Assembly: GCF_016433145.1 (NCBI RefSeq)
Contig: NC_058135.1
Coordinates: forward strand, 124,710,817 to 124,774,816
Source: Gracilinanus agilis
Lineage: Eukaryota
DNA: 64,000 bases
Direction of reading: 5' to 3'
Shown here piece by piece: positions 1-12,564 of this stretch. Numbering within the stretch: the stretch's first letter is position 1; each line of letters starts with the position of its first letter. Below the pieces are notes generated by a model. The model did no database searches, was not told the DNA's origin, and was given only the letters and a program-made list of their open reading frames with translations. The position numbers were made by a program, and so were the translations under genes.

Positions 1-1572
1 CCAGTCATTTGTCCTGGGGAGAAGAGGTCATGCTTGTCCTAATATTAGGCAGCGGCAGTTGAACAACTGCTCTCTGATCATTTTCTCTCTTTAGAATGAC
101 AAACTCATTAAGGGGACAGATGAGGCTTATTGAACTTGTTTGGCACATCACTAAATATCATGCCTGTGCAAAGATGATTAATGATGAATGATTAATTCTT
201 TCTAAATGACAAGCCATTGATTCAGTATCAAGTCCTTCTCTAATTAGCACTGCTACCTGATGATGGAAATCATTTTCTGGCACTCAGATCCTCGAAGGAC
301 CAAAACCCAAATCGCTGAATTGCACCTAGTGCTGACAGTATGGAAGAAGTGGAAAGGTTGTGCTATTTGGTGATTAAATTCTTCCTAGAAGTTGCTATTG
401 TATTTTATCGGTTTTTATAGGTCCTCTTGAGAGGAAAACAAAAAACTAATTCCAAAGGTCTTTCTTCTTAGACAGCAGGAGCATATTGCAGTAACAAATC
501 TTGAAGCTGGAAGAAGGGAATAGGAGTCTTGAATGATAAAAGGCCAGTTAGTGGGAAACCCCAAACTAAGGAGGTTCATACCAGCCCCCAGAGTATATTG
601 TCGTTGTCACTTGAGTATATCTTCCTATAGAAATGGAGAATCTCATGGTTTTACCTATTAGACATGGTTAAGTCAGGTTCTGAACAGAGCACTTTATGGT
701 GACACTATTCTTCTTGGGTAATATTGGCACCGTTACTTCTCAAGTGCACGATACAAACTTGAGTGAAAGTTTCCTGTAATTCAGCCTTTGAGGAGAAAAA
801 TTGCTTGTTCTACCCCTGTTACGTATCTGCATGTACATTCATAGGATCATAGATTTAGAGCTGAAAGGAACCTTAGAGGTCATCAAATCGATACCATCAT
901 TTAATAAATGAGGAAAGCAAGGATTTGAACCAAATCTTCTAACACCAAATCCAGCTCTCAGAATTCAAAAGTAAAAAGAGCTTCAGGGAATAAAGTAGCA
1001 AATCTGAAATAATGTTTTATGGGAGTCTCATCCTAGAGTATCAGAATCCATTTTTTTCATTTTTATAGAGTTGGAAACTTAAGTTATAGAGAAAGCGCAT
1101 AATGATTTAAAACACTGGTGTCAGACTCAAAGGGATGGGGATATCCCTTTATGCCACATATTAACTGAGAATGCCAATATTATCTTTGTGGTATTGTATT
1201 TTAATTATTTTTAAACATTTCCCAAGTATATATTAGCGTTGTTCAGAAAGATAATGATGGTGGTTCTTGCATTATAAATTTGAATTCCAGGTTTATAATA
1301 GCTTTGTGACTACTGACTTTATTCATCTATATTTCAATTAATCATACCCTCTACTTTGTAGTATTTTTTTTTCCATTTCAAAATTGTTATAGGACAGGAT
1401 TCCTTAAGTGTGGTTGTAGCTTCCTCCCCTTCCTCCATCCAAGGACAAATTGGCAAAATTTAATCAGCCAGAATTGTGTAGTTTATATATAAAAAATTAT
1501 CTTTAGATGTCTGTTTGCATTTTACCTTGAAGTCCTGCTCACTTCCTCTTTCCCTGTGCCTTTGTATCATAG

Positions 1573-1728
<156 letters not shown>

Positions 1729-1979
1729 TGGAAAATGTCTTAATGGAAGAACTTTGCCTTAAGTTTCCCTGTGTTATTCCACACCCATGAAGGACCCAAG
1801 AAATCACATTTTTAACATGCGATGATTCACTTTGTTCAGCAGTTTTTCAAGTTTAAAATCACGTCAAGGGTTTGGGGACTGGAATACAGTTCGACATGGA
1901 TTTGGCAAGAACCGGATGATTTAAGAGCTCTTCTCCTTACCCTCAGTGCTTAGAAAATGATCCCGTTCCTCTGGATGAA

Positions 1980-1987
1980 AAGCCATA
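1980..1987 (+). promoter_or_regulatory. miR-135 8mer seed site (second copy at 4039-4046)
   Basis: AAGCCATA occurs twice in the NR3C2 3'UTR; miR-135a is a known repressor of mammalian NR3C2. Confidence 0.55.
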
Positions 1988-2467
1988 TCTAGTCAATAAC
2001 TCTTTGATTTTGATATTTTAACAGATGGAAGTTTTAAATATGCCATGTAGTTTCTGGTATTGTTTGCTTGTTATAAAAGGGTTCAAGGACTAATGAACTT
2101 TTTAAAGCTTACCCTTGGTTTGCACATAAAACGTACAGTCAAATATGGGGCATTAATATTCTTTTCTTATTTAAAAAAAACAAAAAAGAGAAAAAATATA
2201 TACAGACTCCTCTTGTGTAATATTGGAACATTTGGTGTGGAATAATCGCCTCCCCACCTGGGGCATTTGTTCTCCCATGTTATCCTTCATCACTAGTGGA
2301 CACGCCCTTCGGTGTCCCTTTATTATTTAATTAAAATGGATAAGATGTTAAAACAAATGCCTCGGTTTCGATTTATATTATCTATTGTGCTGGCTTTACA
2401 AATAATTTTTCGCAGTCTTTTGCTGTACTGTACATTACTGTATGTATAAATTGTGAAGGACCTGAAA

Positions 2468-2616
2468 NNNNNNNNNNNNNNNNNNNNNNNNNNNNNNNNN
2501 NNNNNNNNNNNNNNNNNNNNNNNNNNNNNNNNNNNNNNNNNNNNNNNNNNNNNNNNNNNNNNNNNNNNNNNNNNNNNNNNNNNNNNNNNNNNNNNNNNNN
2601 NNNNNNNNNNNNNNNT
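2468..2616. other. Assembly gap (149 N); other gaps at 10278-10422, 33265-33633, 33743-33884, 53247-53476
   Basis: Runs of N seen directly. Confidence 0.99.
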
Positions 2617-2684
2617 TTTTTGTAAAGTGAAATGTTCTGCATGCCTAATGAAGCGTTTACAGTGTATTTAAGAAAGGGAAAGCT

Positions 2685-2691
2685 GTGCCTT
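2685..2691 (+). promoter_or_regulatory. miR-124 seed site (7mer-m8; a 7mer-A1 TGCCTTA lies at 1755-1761)
   Basis: GTGCCTT in the NR3C2 3'UTR; miR-124 is a known regulator of NR3C2. Confidence 0.5.
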
Positions 2692-3159
2692 TTTTTAGCA
2701 TCATAGAAGATTTACCATTTTACAGTGTCTGTTGTAAATAACTACACAAAGTTTTTCAGTTGTCTTTAAACCTTTCTACTCTTCCATATTCCGTTTCCCC
2801 TTTTGTCTGCCACTTGCAAGTACCTGTGAGCCGAGTACACTTTAAGACTCCGGCTTCTTTCTTCCCCAAGGAATGTTGTTGAGTTGTGTTTACAGCTTCA
2901 TGAAGGTTTCATTTATCAAGACACAACAGACAAGTGGCTCAGGAGCCTTGGCAGCTTTAGGGCGGTAGGGAGACTGCCTCTTCTCTCCTCCACAAGCAAA
3001 AAGTAAGTCCTACGATATCAGGCCTGGGAGGGAAAAAATTGCGCTTTAAAGGTTGCTTTCCAGCTATTTGAGGTTTCCTTCTCTGGGAGAAAACACGAGC
3101 AACCTCTTAGGGGATCCTCTTCCTGCTTCAGATGTAGGGGTAGGGGAAGGGCAAGGGAA

Positions 3160-3223
3160 CATCCATCCATCCTTCCTTCATCCATCCTTCCATCCTTCCA
3201 TCCATCCATCCATCCATCCATCC
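3160..3223. repeat. (TCCA/TCCT)n microsatellite inside the NR3C2 3'UTR
   Basis: catccatccatccttccttcatcc... tandem tetramers. Confidence 0.95.
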
Positions 3224-4266
3224 TGGGAGGGAGGATCTCTCCAGATTGGAATTGGCAAAAACTAGGAGTATTGACGTCTTCAAAATTTAAATCTTCAAAA
3301 GCATTTTATAACGAAACTGCAGCTCATACACTCAAAGTTCAACTTATTTCATGGGGTTCAGGCTCAGGTGCCTTTTAGACTTCTCGGCAGCCTAAAAGCA
3401 TAAATGTGCATGTTTGGGGGCAGAGCTAACAGGCTGGTTTCATAAGATAAACTGCTGAGAGTCCAGGCCAAAGGAATCTCTCTGAGAGTGATGATTAACA
3501 TAAGTACTCACTTGCTCATGGGAATCACATCCATTTCCCCAAAGTCTCCTGGCTGCCACTGAGGGAGGGAGGGAGCCACCGAGGGCCCTGAGAATGCAGC
3601 ATTCCACACTGGGCACCCTTCACTCCAGCCTTAGTGGAGCACACTCACCCATGACAACAGGACCCTGGTCTTTTTAAATGACACCTGCCTTATGCAATGG
3701 GAAACTTCCGAAAGCTGTACTCAAGAGAGAAGGGGTCTTCTTACATACTTTGCAACTTCAGGAATTTAATTTAATCAACCAATCTTTAACTACAAACTGA
3801 CATGCACAGCAATACGAAAGCTACCCGTGGAAGGCGATAAATACACAGCATGCAGACTGGGGGTTTCTGGAAAAGACATGGATACAAAAATGCCGCTTTT
3901 TAGTTCAGACTTAATTTTTACAGAATTGGAATTTCCACTTAACCAGGTTTGGGATGAATACAGTCTGCATCAGCTTTTTGTATTAACAAAGTTACTGGCT
4001 TTTTCTGTCTCCAGGTAACTTTGCTTGATTAAACAGCAAAGCCATATTCTAAACTCACTGTTGAATGCTTGTCCCAGTCCAAATTGTCTGTTTGCTCTTA
4101 TTTTTGTACCATATTGCTCTTAAAAATCTTGGTTTGGTACAATTCATAATTCACTGAAACTTCTTCATAGAATTAAAAAAAACACACTAAATTAGTTTAA
4201 AAAAGCAATTTATATCTTTATGCAAAAACGTATGTCTGTCTTTGCAAACGACTGTAAGCAGATTAC

Positions 4267-4272
4267 AATAAA
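4267..4272 (+). promoter_or_regulatory. NR3C2 polyadenylation signal
   Basis: AATAAA followed by tcctttactttaatcacctgttgtttgg (U/GU-rich downstream element). Further AATAAA at 4392-4397 and 5171-5176 could be distal sites. Confidence 0.7.
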
Positions 4273-6085
4273 TCCTTTACTTTAATCACCTGTTGTTTGG
4301 AAAGAGTTCATTTGGAAGTCTGTGGAAACATACGGATATAACATCCGGCAGAATTTTTACTCTCAGATCTTCCGTATTTTATCCAAGTTGCAATAAATTG
4401 GAATAGGCCACGTGTCATCATCTATTTTGGAAAGCTGCCATCTTCCAGGAGATAAGATGTGGTTGTGACACATTCGCTTACCTTAACTGTGTTTTGGGCA
4501 ACTCTGGGAATAGCATAGACCCCACACTCACCTCTCCATCCTCCACAATGCTTGGTCAAAAATCTCTTGTCACCATCAAGAAAGGAGTTTCCCCACCCAG
4601 ATCCTTTTCAGGCTCTTCCCTTCAACTTCACCCATCAAAATGGACAATGAGACATTTCAAGTACAGTAAGCAAATTAAAATAGAGGAGAAATTGGCCTTA
4701 GTTTCTGATGAATTAATAAATATAATTAAATTTCAAAAAATATGTTTCAGGTTCAGAAATACTAACATGTAGTTTCATAACACAAAACCAGCCATTTTTA
4801 AAAAGTCACAAGATCATGGAGCTGGGAGAGGACGACTCGGGTCTAAAGCTCATTTGTATGGGACTCATCAATTTCTTTAGGTATTCATTAATTAAAGGCA
4901 TTCGCAGAGGTAGTGGTCCTTTTAAAATCATTTTGTTGCTGTTCTGCCTTTTTAGGAAATAGGCTTTTTTTTTTTTTTACTAAAAGACATGCATAGACAT
5001 GTTTAAAGGAATTTATACAAAAGCCATATAATTGCCAGATAACTAAGCTGAGTGTTTGAAGAATGACCAAGATCTTTGACAGTGAAACAGCTGGCTCTAC
5101 TACATTGTATAAGTAGGCACAGTATGTGCAGTGATACACATTTAATTCAGACTTTAAAGCTCTTTAAGTAAATAAAAATTATTCCATGGCCTTTTAATGG
5201 TAGCTAGTCCGCGTTTTCTGATAAGCTGTGCAAAAGGCCACAGGCCAAAATACAAGTATTTCTAGGATTCTCATTTCCACCTAGGCAAATATCTAGTACA
5301 ATAATTTCTTTGGAAATTCAGCTGTGCCATTCTAAAGAAAATGAAGTCACTAAAACTATATTTTTATTTCCATTTCTCAGGGTAGACCAAACCATCAGAA
5401 CTTCCAGGATATGTCTCTCTATTTGAAATGCAGTGGATGGATGGCTGGGGCCATCCATTTTAAAAAAAAAAATTAACATGGATCCAAAAAAGCCAGAACA
5501 ATGTTTTTTAGCAAATACTGGGTATAGAAATTCCAACAAGGTTCTTTCTGCCCCTAGATACAAGGTATGGTCTCCAAAACTTAATCCCTTGTGCTATCTC
5601 AAACAGGACTTGGGCATCCTTTCTCATGAAAAATCTGGCCTTCGCTTCTCTGAGGGCCCATTCCATCCCTTAGTCTAAAGCTTTGACTTACTACCTTTTA
5701 CTTCCTCCTGGCCCCTCTTCCCTAGGAAGCCACTGTCCCCGACCCACAGGGGCAGAACTGGAACAAAGCTTGAAAGCCATGTCGTCCCACAACCTCATCT
5801 TCCAGTGAGGAAACTGAGCTCGAGAATGCTAAGCTATTTGTCCCAGAATCCAGCCATTCACACTCACCATTGTAAAATCACATTTCAGTTAAGGAGGAGA
5901 AATTATTTTGAACCTGAGAAATTCCTTTTAGAGCTTTATTTAGGTATTACCTTTCTTTGCCGAGCTCTCCCTTTAATCCATCAGTGAACAGAGAATTAAA
6001 TTTAAGAAGTGAGAAGATACTTAAATCAGGCAAAATAAAAAAACACATTAAAGTCACGTTCAGCTTAAAACATGGTTATTATGTG

Positions 6086-6086
<1 letters not shown>

Positions 6087-6120
<34 letters not shown>
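6087..6120. repeat. (TG)17 microsatellite
   Basis: Perfect TG run. Confidence 0.97.
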
Positions 6121-6121
<1 letters not shown>

Positions 6122-7544
6122 TAGTGGCCATCGTATCTCCTTGAAAGTTCTCTCTTGTGATGGCGCCCTTGGATGGAGGAAGGCGAAGGGATGAGGAGTG
6201 AACAAATAGATCTCAAAAGGCACAGGGAGGGAAACTGAGGATGAAGGGGTGGCATGTTCATTCTGTCTAGAGAACAGGTCAAGGGCCCACAAGGACCAAG
6301 ATTAACAATGAGAGTGAGTCTGTCTGCCCATTAGGGCAGTGCTCAGATCCTGGGTACCACACAGTCTGCTTTTCTTGGAGATATCTTTAATAGAGTGATA
6401 GAAACATGGTGGACACGGATTCAGATTCTGCCTTTGCTCCCTGTTGTCTGAATAAGCCTGTGTGTGGCCCTGGGCCCTGTCTTCCTTCATCTAGAAAATG
6501 AAGGTTGAACCAGTAACCTGTAGAGACCCTTCCAGTCCTCTGGTCCTGCAGTGGGACGCTGACCTCCCCCCTCCATCCCCATCCCCTCCGTTTGTCCCCT
6601 GGGTGCCCGCACTAAAGGAGCACGCTGCTACCCCTCCCGTGTGAGGAAGGGAAGCTTATTCCTGCCATCGATATCACGGGTTACAGCCATTCACCGCGAT
6701 GGATTCTGGAGCTGCTTGGCTACAGCCCTGGCTAAGGAAAATCAAGACCTCCTTGAAATCTATTTCAGGAAGGAAAAAAAAAAATTTAAGTTGTTCTGGT
6801 CTCTGAAAGAAATCATTAGCCATTGGGAGCCATTAAACCAGGAAGTTTAATACTTTATTAGTATAGCCTTTTCAGCATTCTGTGTATCCTAGTTATACAC
6901 AGATAAAAGGGGACTTAAAGTAGAAGTGTAAGTCTATAATGTGGAAGCTCCTCTTTCCCGCCCCAGAAGAACTTAATAAACGGGGGAAAAGCTAAGAATA
7001 GGCTTCTGGAATGAGATGGAGAGAGAAAAGGCGAGAGAAGATTATGGTGACGGTCGGTACTCACCCAAGTTTTCAAGGTCTCAAGGAAGCGGCATCGCTT
7101 CACAGGGTTTGCGGGAATAATTGGCAATGGACAGTCACCGGGGGACATGCAGGACTTCAAGAAGCTGGGATTTCCCTCCACACCACAGAACACCATCGTC
7201 CTGGATTTCCATGGCTACAAAGAGTTCATCTTCCAAGGGCCAAGCCTTAAAGCAATGAGGCAGCTCCAGAGTGGGCTGGGCTGGTTCTTGGGCAGGAGAT
7301 ATTGTCCACGGCTGGACCTCGCTCCTCCCCAGAAGCTCTTTCAATAGAATTGCAACACCTGTCAGAGCTTGGCTTTGGCTGATATAACTTCATCAAACCA
7401 AGAGTGACCTTCATTCCAGGATGAGGCATCCTATGATAAATGGCAGCCATGGGAGGGGGCAAATGGAAGGGAAAAGGGGAGTTGAAGGGCTCAAAGGAAA
7501 CAGAGTCAGCAGGCAGTGCCTAAATGTGTTTAGAGTTCATGGGA

Positions 7545-7751
7545 GGGAGTAGCTGGGTAGCTCAGAGGATCGAGAGCCAGGCCTAGAGACGGGAGGTCCT
7601 AGGTTCAAATCCAGCCTCAGATACTTCCCAGCTGTGTGACCCTGGGCAAGTCACTTGACCCCCATTGCCCACCCTTACCACTCTTCCACCAAGGAACCAA
7701 TACACAGAAGTCAAGGGTTTTAAAAAAAATAATAAATAAATACTTTATCAG
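7545..7751 (+). mobile_element. Young tRNA-derived SINE (SINE1_Mdo-like)
   Basis: gcagctgggtagctcag-type head, B-box ggttcaaatcc, CORE tgtgtgaccctgggcaagtcactt, A-rich tail; 14-bp TSD tagagttcatggga at 7531-7544 and 7752-7765. Confidence 0.9.
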
Positions 7752-9399
7752 TAGAGTTCATGGGAAAAGACTATATAACTGCATGATGGCTATAAAGGGG
7801 GAAAAAATATGCTGGAGAAAACCAAGAAGACTAGACACAGAGCATTTAAAAAGCACAGGATATTCCAGGAACCATAAATTAGCCAGTGCCTGGCCTCAAA
7901 GAGCTTGGATTCTAAAAGATAACATGTTGCACCATGTAAAGGGATGGGAGGGAGGTGGGAGTAGTGCCAGTGTTGGGGGAACAGCCTGGTAAAGAAATTG
8001 AAGGAACTTTTATGGAATGGGTGTTTTCCATGAAATTAAGGCAAAAGGCTTTAATAAAGAAATGAAATAAAATTAAAAAAAGAAAAAGAAAATGGCCCCA
8101 ACCCCAAGTCAGACACCTCTATCCACCCTTGGTTCCCTGACACTTTATACCCACCGGGCACAGGCCCAGGACTATTGGCACATTGTGAGGCACAGAAAGG
8201 GGGGATGGCTTTGGAAATTTAAGCAGAATTGAGACAGTCCATAAGGAAACTCCATGCAAGTGTTGGTACAGAAAGTACAAAGAAGGAGCAGCTCGCAATG
8301 GGCCCATGTTGCCACCTCCGCCCTCCCCACATCCCTAGCAATAGTTGCTCTATTCATTGCAGCACTCGAGGATGTGAACGCCTACCTGCTTATCCACTGG
8401 CACCTAGCAATACACGGAAGGAATATGGAATCCAGGCAGGCAAGGGAGCTGCCCAGGGTCCAGCTTACTCATGGGACTGGAGTGACTGAGCCCCACAGAC
8501 AGCCATCAAAGCAATCCATCCAAATAATATCATTCCACCTCTTGCAAAAAGGGTATCAGACCACACAAGGCTCAAGAAAATATGAGCATCGCTGCTAACC
8601 TTTTCATTGCCTAAAAATTAGGTTCCTGGAGCCCAGGAGAGGTTAAGAGGAAAGAGGGAAATTAGCCTCGTTCATTTTTCCTATTATTTTGATGTATCAT
8701 TTTGGGTCGGTCTATCTGTCTCTGTGTCTCTCTCCCTGACCTGCCTCTTCCCCTCCCCCCCCATGGTGTTGCCCATCAGAATAACTTGCCTAGCATGATT
8801 ACCAGTTGCAAAAACGAATCCCTCTCCCACTTCACGGGAGTGATCATCTGGGTAACCCGTAAGAGTTCCGGTTTCCTCATCTGCAAAGTAGAGGGGAGAT
8901 AAAGCTGGGACTGATTCTGTTCTATAAACGAATGCAAGGGATACGAGGCTGGTCAGAGTTGTTGAGATGTAGACACAGAGAATAAAGAAGAAGAGAGGAA
9001 TAATACTCTGAACACCCGAAAATATTTTGTGTCCAGGAAAGATGAGCATCATGGCCATTTCCATTGGGTTGTCGGGACTCTTGGCTAACCCTGCTGGATT
9101 TCAGAATAATAATGGGGCATCCAGCATTGGCTTACTATCTTTTTCTTACTCCTGGCTCCTTTTACCTAGGAACCCATCATCCCCTCACTCATTGGGGCAG
9201 AACTGGAACAAAACTTAAAAGCCATAGTCCCACCACTACTGAGCTCCAGAAATATTGAGCCAGAACTGCTGAACCCTTCTTCATCCCACTGTCGCAGGCA
9301 GAAATCTGATCAACATAATAAAGAGATGTCGGGGATCCCCCACTAATGCTGATTAAACATAAAAGTGTGTCCTGAGCATAGAGGATTAATACAGATGAC

Positions 9400-10277
9400 A
9401 AGCCACATTCAGATTATCAGGTTGGAAGTCTGGGCTAAAGCCAACAAAATAAAGGCTACTGGGGATAAATGTAAAGTCTTATATTTGGGGCTAAAAAAAT
9501 CAATTGAATAAGAACAAGATTAAATTCAAATATTTAAGTACCTGCCACATGCAAGGCACCATGCTAGGGACTAAAGAGACAAATATGAAAAGCAACATAG
9601 TCCTCAAACCTTAAGAAATTCATACTCTATTAAGTATGTAAGGAGACCCAGCAAGGAGAGTTCCATGTAGAAAAACAATGTAGGATTTGTGGATAACTAC
9701 AAGCTCAATGTGGGCAGCTAGGTGGTGGCACAGTGGATAGAGTGCTGGGCGTGGAGTCAGGAAGACTCATTTTTCTGAGCTCAAATCTGACTTCAGAAAC
9801 TAATTGTATGACCCTGAGCAAGTCGTTTAACATTGTTTTCCTTGGTTCCCCCATGTATAAAATAAGCTAGGGAAGGAAATGGCAAAATACTCTATTATCT
9901 TTACCAAGAAAACCCCAATGGGGTAACAATGAGTCAAACATGACTAAAACAACTGAACAATCTACTACAATAATGAACAAGCTCAATATAAGCAAGTAGC
10001 AATGTTGCAGCCACTAAAAAAAAGTTAGTCTAATCTTAAGGTGCAATAACAAAAATAAAGAAGGAGCCATAGTTCTTGTAAACATCTCAGCTAGTCACAC
10101 CCCTGTGTTTGGTTTGGAGTATCACATTTTAAAGATATTTGACCAATGGAACTGTGTCCAGAGGAGGAGGATGGGGAGAAATCTAGAAACCATATCCCAG
10201 AATGAAAAACTGAAGCAACTGACATTCAACTAGGGAAGAGAAAAATGGGGTGAGACATGCTTATTGTCATCAAGTAT
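9400..10277 (+). mobile_element. L3/CR1 LINE 3' portion, interrupted by younger insertions
   Basis: tgggctaaagccaacaaaat...gataaatgtaaagtcttatatttgggg matches the CR1 RT C-terminus (W..ANKM.F..DKCKVLHLG); the typical CR1 3' sequence continues to the gap. Confidence 0.7.
9710..9976 (+). mobile_element. MAR1-like CORE-SINE nested in L3
   Basis: gggcagctaggtgg head and ccaagaaaacccc...actgaacaa tail; 11-bp TSD acaagctcaat at 9699-9709 and 9977-9987. Confidence 0.85.
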
Positions 10278-10422
10278 NNNNNNNNNNNNNNNNNNNNNNN
10301 NNNNNNNNNNNNNNNNNNNNNNNNNNNNNNNNNNNNNNNNNNNNNNNNNNNNNNNNNNNNNNNNNNNNNNNNNNNNNNNNNNNNNNNNNNNNNNNNNNNN
10401 NNNNNNNNNNNNNNNNNNNNNN

Positions 10423-10600
10423 ACTGGTCTGGAATGAGACATCTTCCTGAGTTCAAATCTGACCTCACACACTTATTAGCTGTGTGACTCTGAGCAAGTC
10501 ACTAAAACCTCATTTCCTAGCCCTTACCACTCTTCTGCCTTGCAACCAATACACAATATTAATTCTAAAATGGAAGAAGGTACAGGTTTTAAAAAAAAAG
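10423..10600 (+). mobile_element. Older SINE1-related SINE (5' end lost in gap)
   Basis: gagttcaaatctgacctcac...cccttaccactcttctgccttg...aattctaaaatggaagaagg tail. Confidence 0.75.
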
Positions 10601-10913
10601 TTTTATAGAACACATTCGAGAGGAAGTTGTTCTAGATGTTCTAGATGTTTCTGTCTAGTACAGGGATTCTTAACTTTAACCAGAGCTCCTGAAGTGGGGT
10701 TCTGAACTTAGATTTTTCATATTCTGATGACTCTACTTCAATATGGCTCATTTCTTTGTAATTCTACATAGCTTATTTTATGCATTTCCTCTGAGAATAA
10801 ATTCTGAGTAAGCATCCATAGGCCTCATCAATTCCATGACCCAAAAGATGTTTTAAAACCCAACCTTTATAACTTCCTCTCAAGGAGGGGGCAACAGCAA
10901 TCAGACTATAGGC

Positions 10914-11127
10914 CAGTGATGGCGAACCTTTTAGAAACTGTGTGCCTGTACTGTAACCTTCATGTGGCATGTGAGCCACCTTCTTACCCCAGACAGGGGT
11001 GGAAGGAAACACTCCCATTGGGCTGCTGGGCAGAGGGGCAGGGGATGGGAGAAACGTCTTCAGGTGCTATGGAGAGGGGAAGGGAGCAGCCCGTTCCGGC
11101 ACATGTGCCATAGGTTCACCAATGCAG
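10914..11127 (+). mobile_element. hAT-type MITE
   Basis: Left end CAGTGATGGCGAACCT; right end aggttcaccaatgcag (11/16 to the inverted repeat) preceded by subterminal ggcacatgtgcc. No clean 8-bp TSD. Confidence 0.7.
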
Positions 11128-12564
11128 CTCCAAGACAATACACCATCACTTTTAAACTCTCTGAGACATGGGTATGGGCTGAACTATACCCACATCACAA
11201 AGAAGGCGATTCCAGTTATTTGGCTCAGCGCCCTCAGTGAGGCAGCCATGTTACACCTCAGCTGTCCTGGCTCAGGACTGACCACATGAAGCTGGGCTGC
11301 CCTTCCTAGTTCCATAGGGCCTTGTGTGCTTAGAGTAAAATGCTGCCTGGCTTCTGCTCCTGACTGCTGGAAAGTATTTCAAAGAAAAGAACTTACACTG
11401 AATTTCTTTTAGTCAGTTCTTTTTGAAAGGTTCCTTTCCTCTCCTGTGAGCCTGCCTGCACCTCAAACCCTTCCCAGTATGTATGACGTGACTCCAAACC
11501 TGATCAATCATTGTTCCAGTAGGACAGCCCAGGCTTTAAGGAAAGGCTGCTCTAGCCACTTTTCGGACAGAACTGAAGCTGGTTCGATAGATAAACTTAC
11601 CTACATCCAAGGCTTAGAATCTACTATAGGCTGGAAAGACCCAGAAGCCTAGCTTGTGCATGTAGCCATTCCACGAAGGGGGAAGGCGCTTTGGACCTGG
11701 GGCTGCTAGCAGGCGGGAGACTCCAGAGTACAGCTCAGGCCTTGGAAGCCATCCAGTCCATTTGGACTCTGGGAGCTAGACCAAAGCAGCCGCTGCTGCG
11801 AGCATCTGGAGATCATTTGTGCCTGCCGGATAAGCTGAGTTGAACAGAGCAAGGAAGAAGACTTTCAAATCTTCCTTCCCAAGATGAGGCTTCTGGACGT
11901 GAACAGGGAGGCTTCGGGGACAGGACAGGACAGGGGGCCTTCCTGAGCAGCCAGGGACACGGTGGGGAGCCCCATGGCAGAGGGGAAGGAAGGTGTCCCC
12001 CATCCCTGTGCTGTGGTTATACACAGGGCCGCCATGAGCCACCAGTGGCACCAAACTGCCCACACTAAAGCACGGGCCTACCCTGGGTGCTGAGGTTAGA
12101 ACCAAGAACAGAATGTAAGATGAAGCCAAGGGCAAGTGGCAGAAGAGTATAAATCCAGCAACATGGACTGAAACTACCTGGGAAAGTTGGTCTTGGACTC
12201 ATTCAGGAGACATCTAGAAAAGTGCCGGCGGCAAGGCCACACAGCCCTACTCCCACTCCCTTATTCATGGGGGTGGGGGGTGGCAAATAAGTACGGGAGG
12301 GAAAACGGGGGCTGCAGGGGGCTCGGCAAGGTTGTTAAATATTGCTGGGGAAGGTTGCCGGTAACGTGCCAGCTGTTCCCATAGAATTCTGTCCCACCCA
12401 CTCCCTGGGGAGCAAAAGCAGGGCTCCATGTTTACAATTTCTATGCAGGAACCAGCGCCAATCCTGGTGAAAAAAAAAGAATTTCAGTCAATAGGGCTTT
12501 GGGTCCATAAAACATTAGAAGGATAATGAATTCCAAGTTCTCTCCACACATCATGACAGGCAGA

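Larger units (their letters stand above)
1729..4290 (+). other. NR3C2: NR3C2 3'UTR
   Basis: Follows the stop codon, is almost free of interspersed repeats, and ends at an AATAAA with a downstream GT-rich tract; the 3' end is approximate. Confidence 0.75.

Noticed and set aside
5437-5458. Perfect 9-bp hairpin atggatggc/gccatccat next to an A-run
   Set aside because: One or a few such stems are expected by chance in 64 kb; no RNA-gene features around it.
8229-8598. Overlapping + ORFs, one with a hydrophobic stretch (LPTSLAIVALFIAALEDV)
   Set aside because: No recognisable homologue, splice structure or poly(A) signal.
12105-12119. GRE/MRE-like AGAACAgaaTGTAAG near the MR gene
   Set aside because: The second half-site matches only 3/6; such matches are common.
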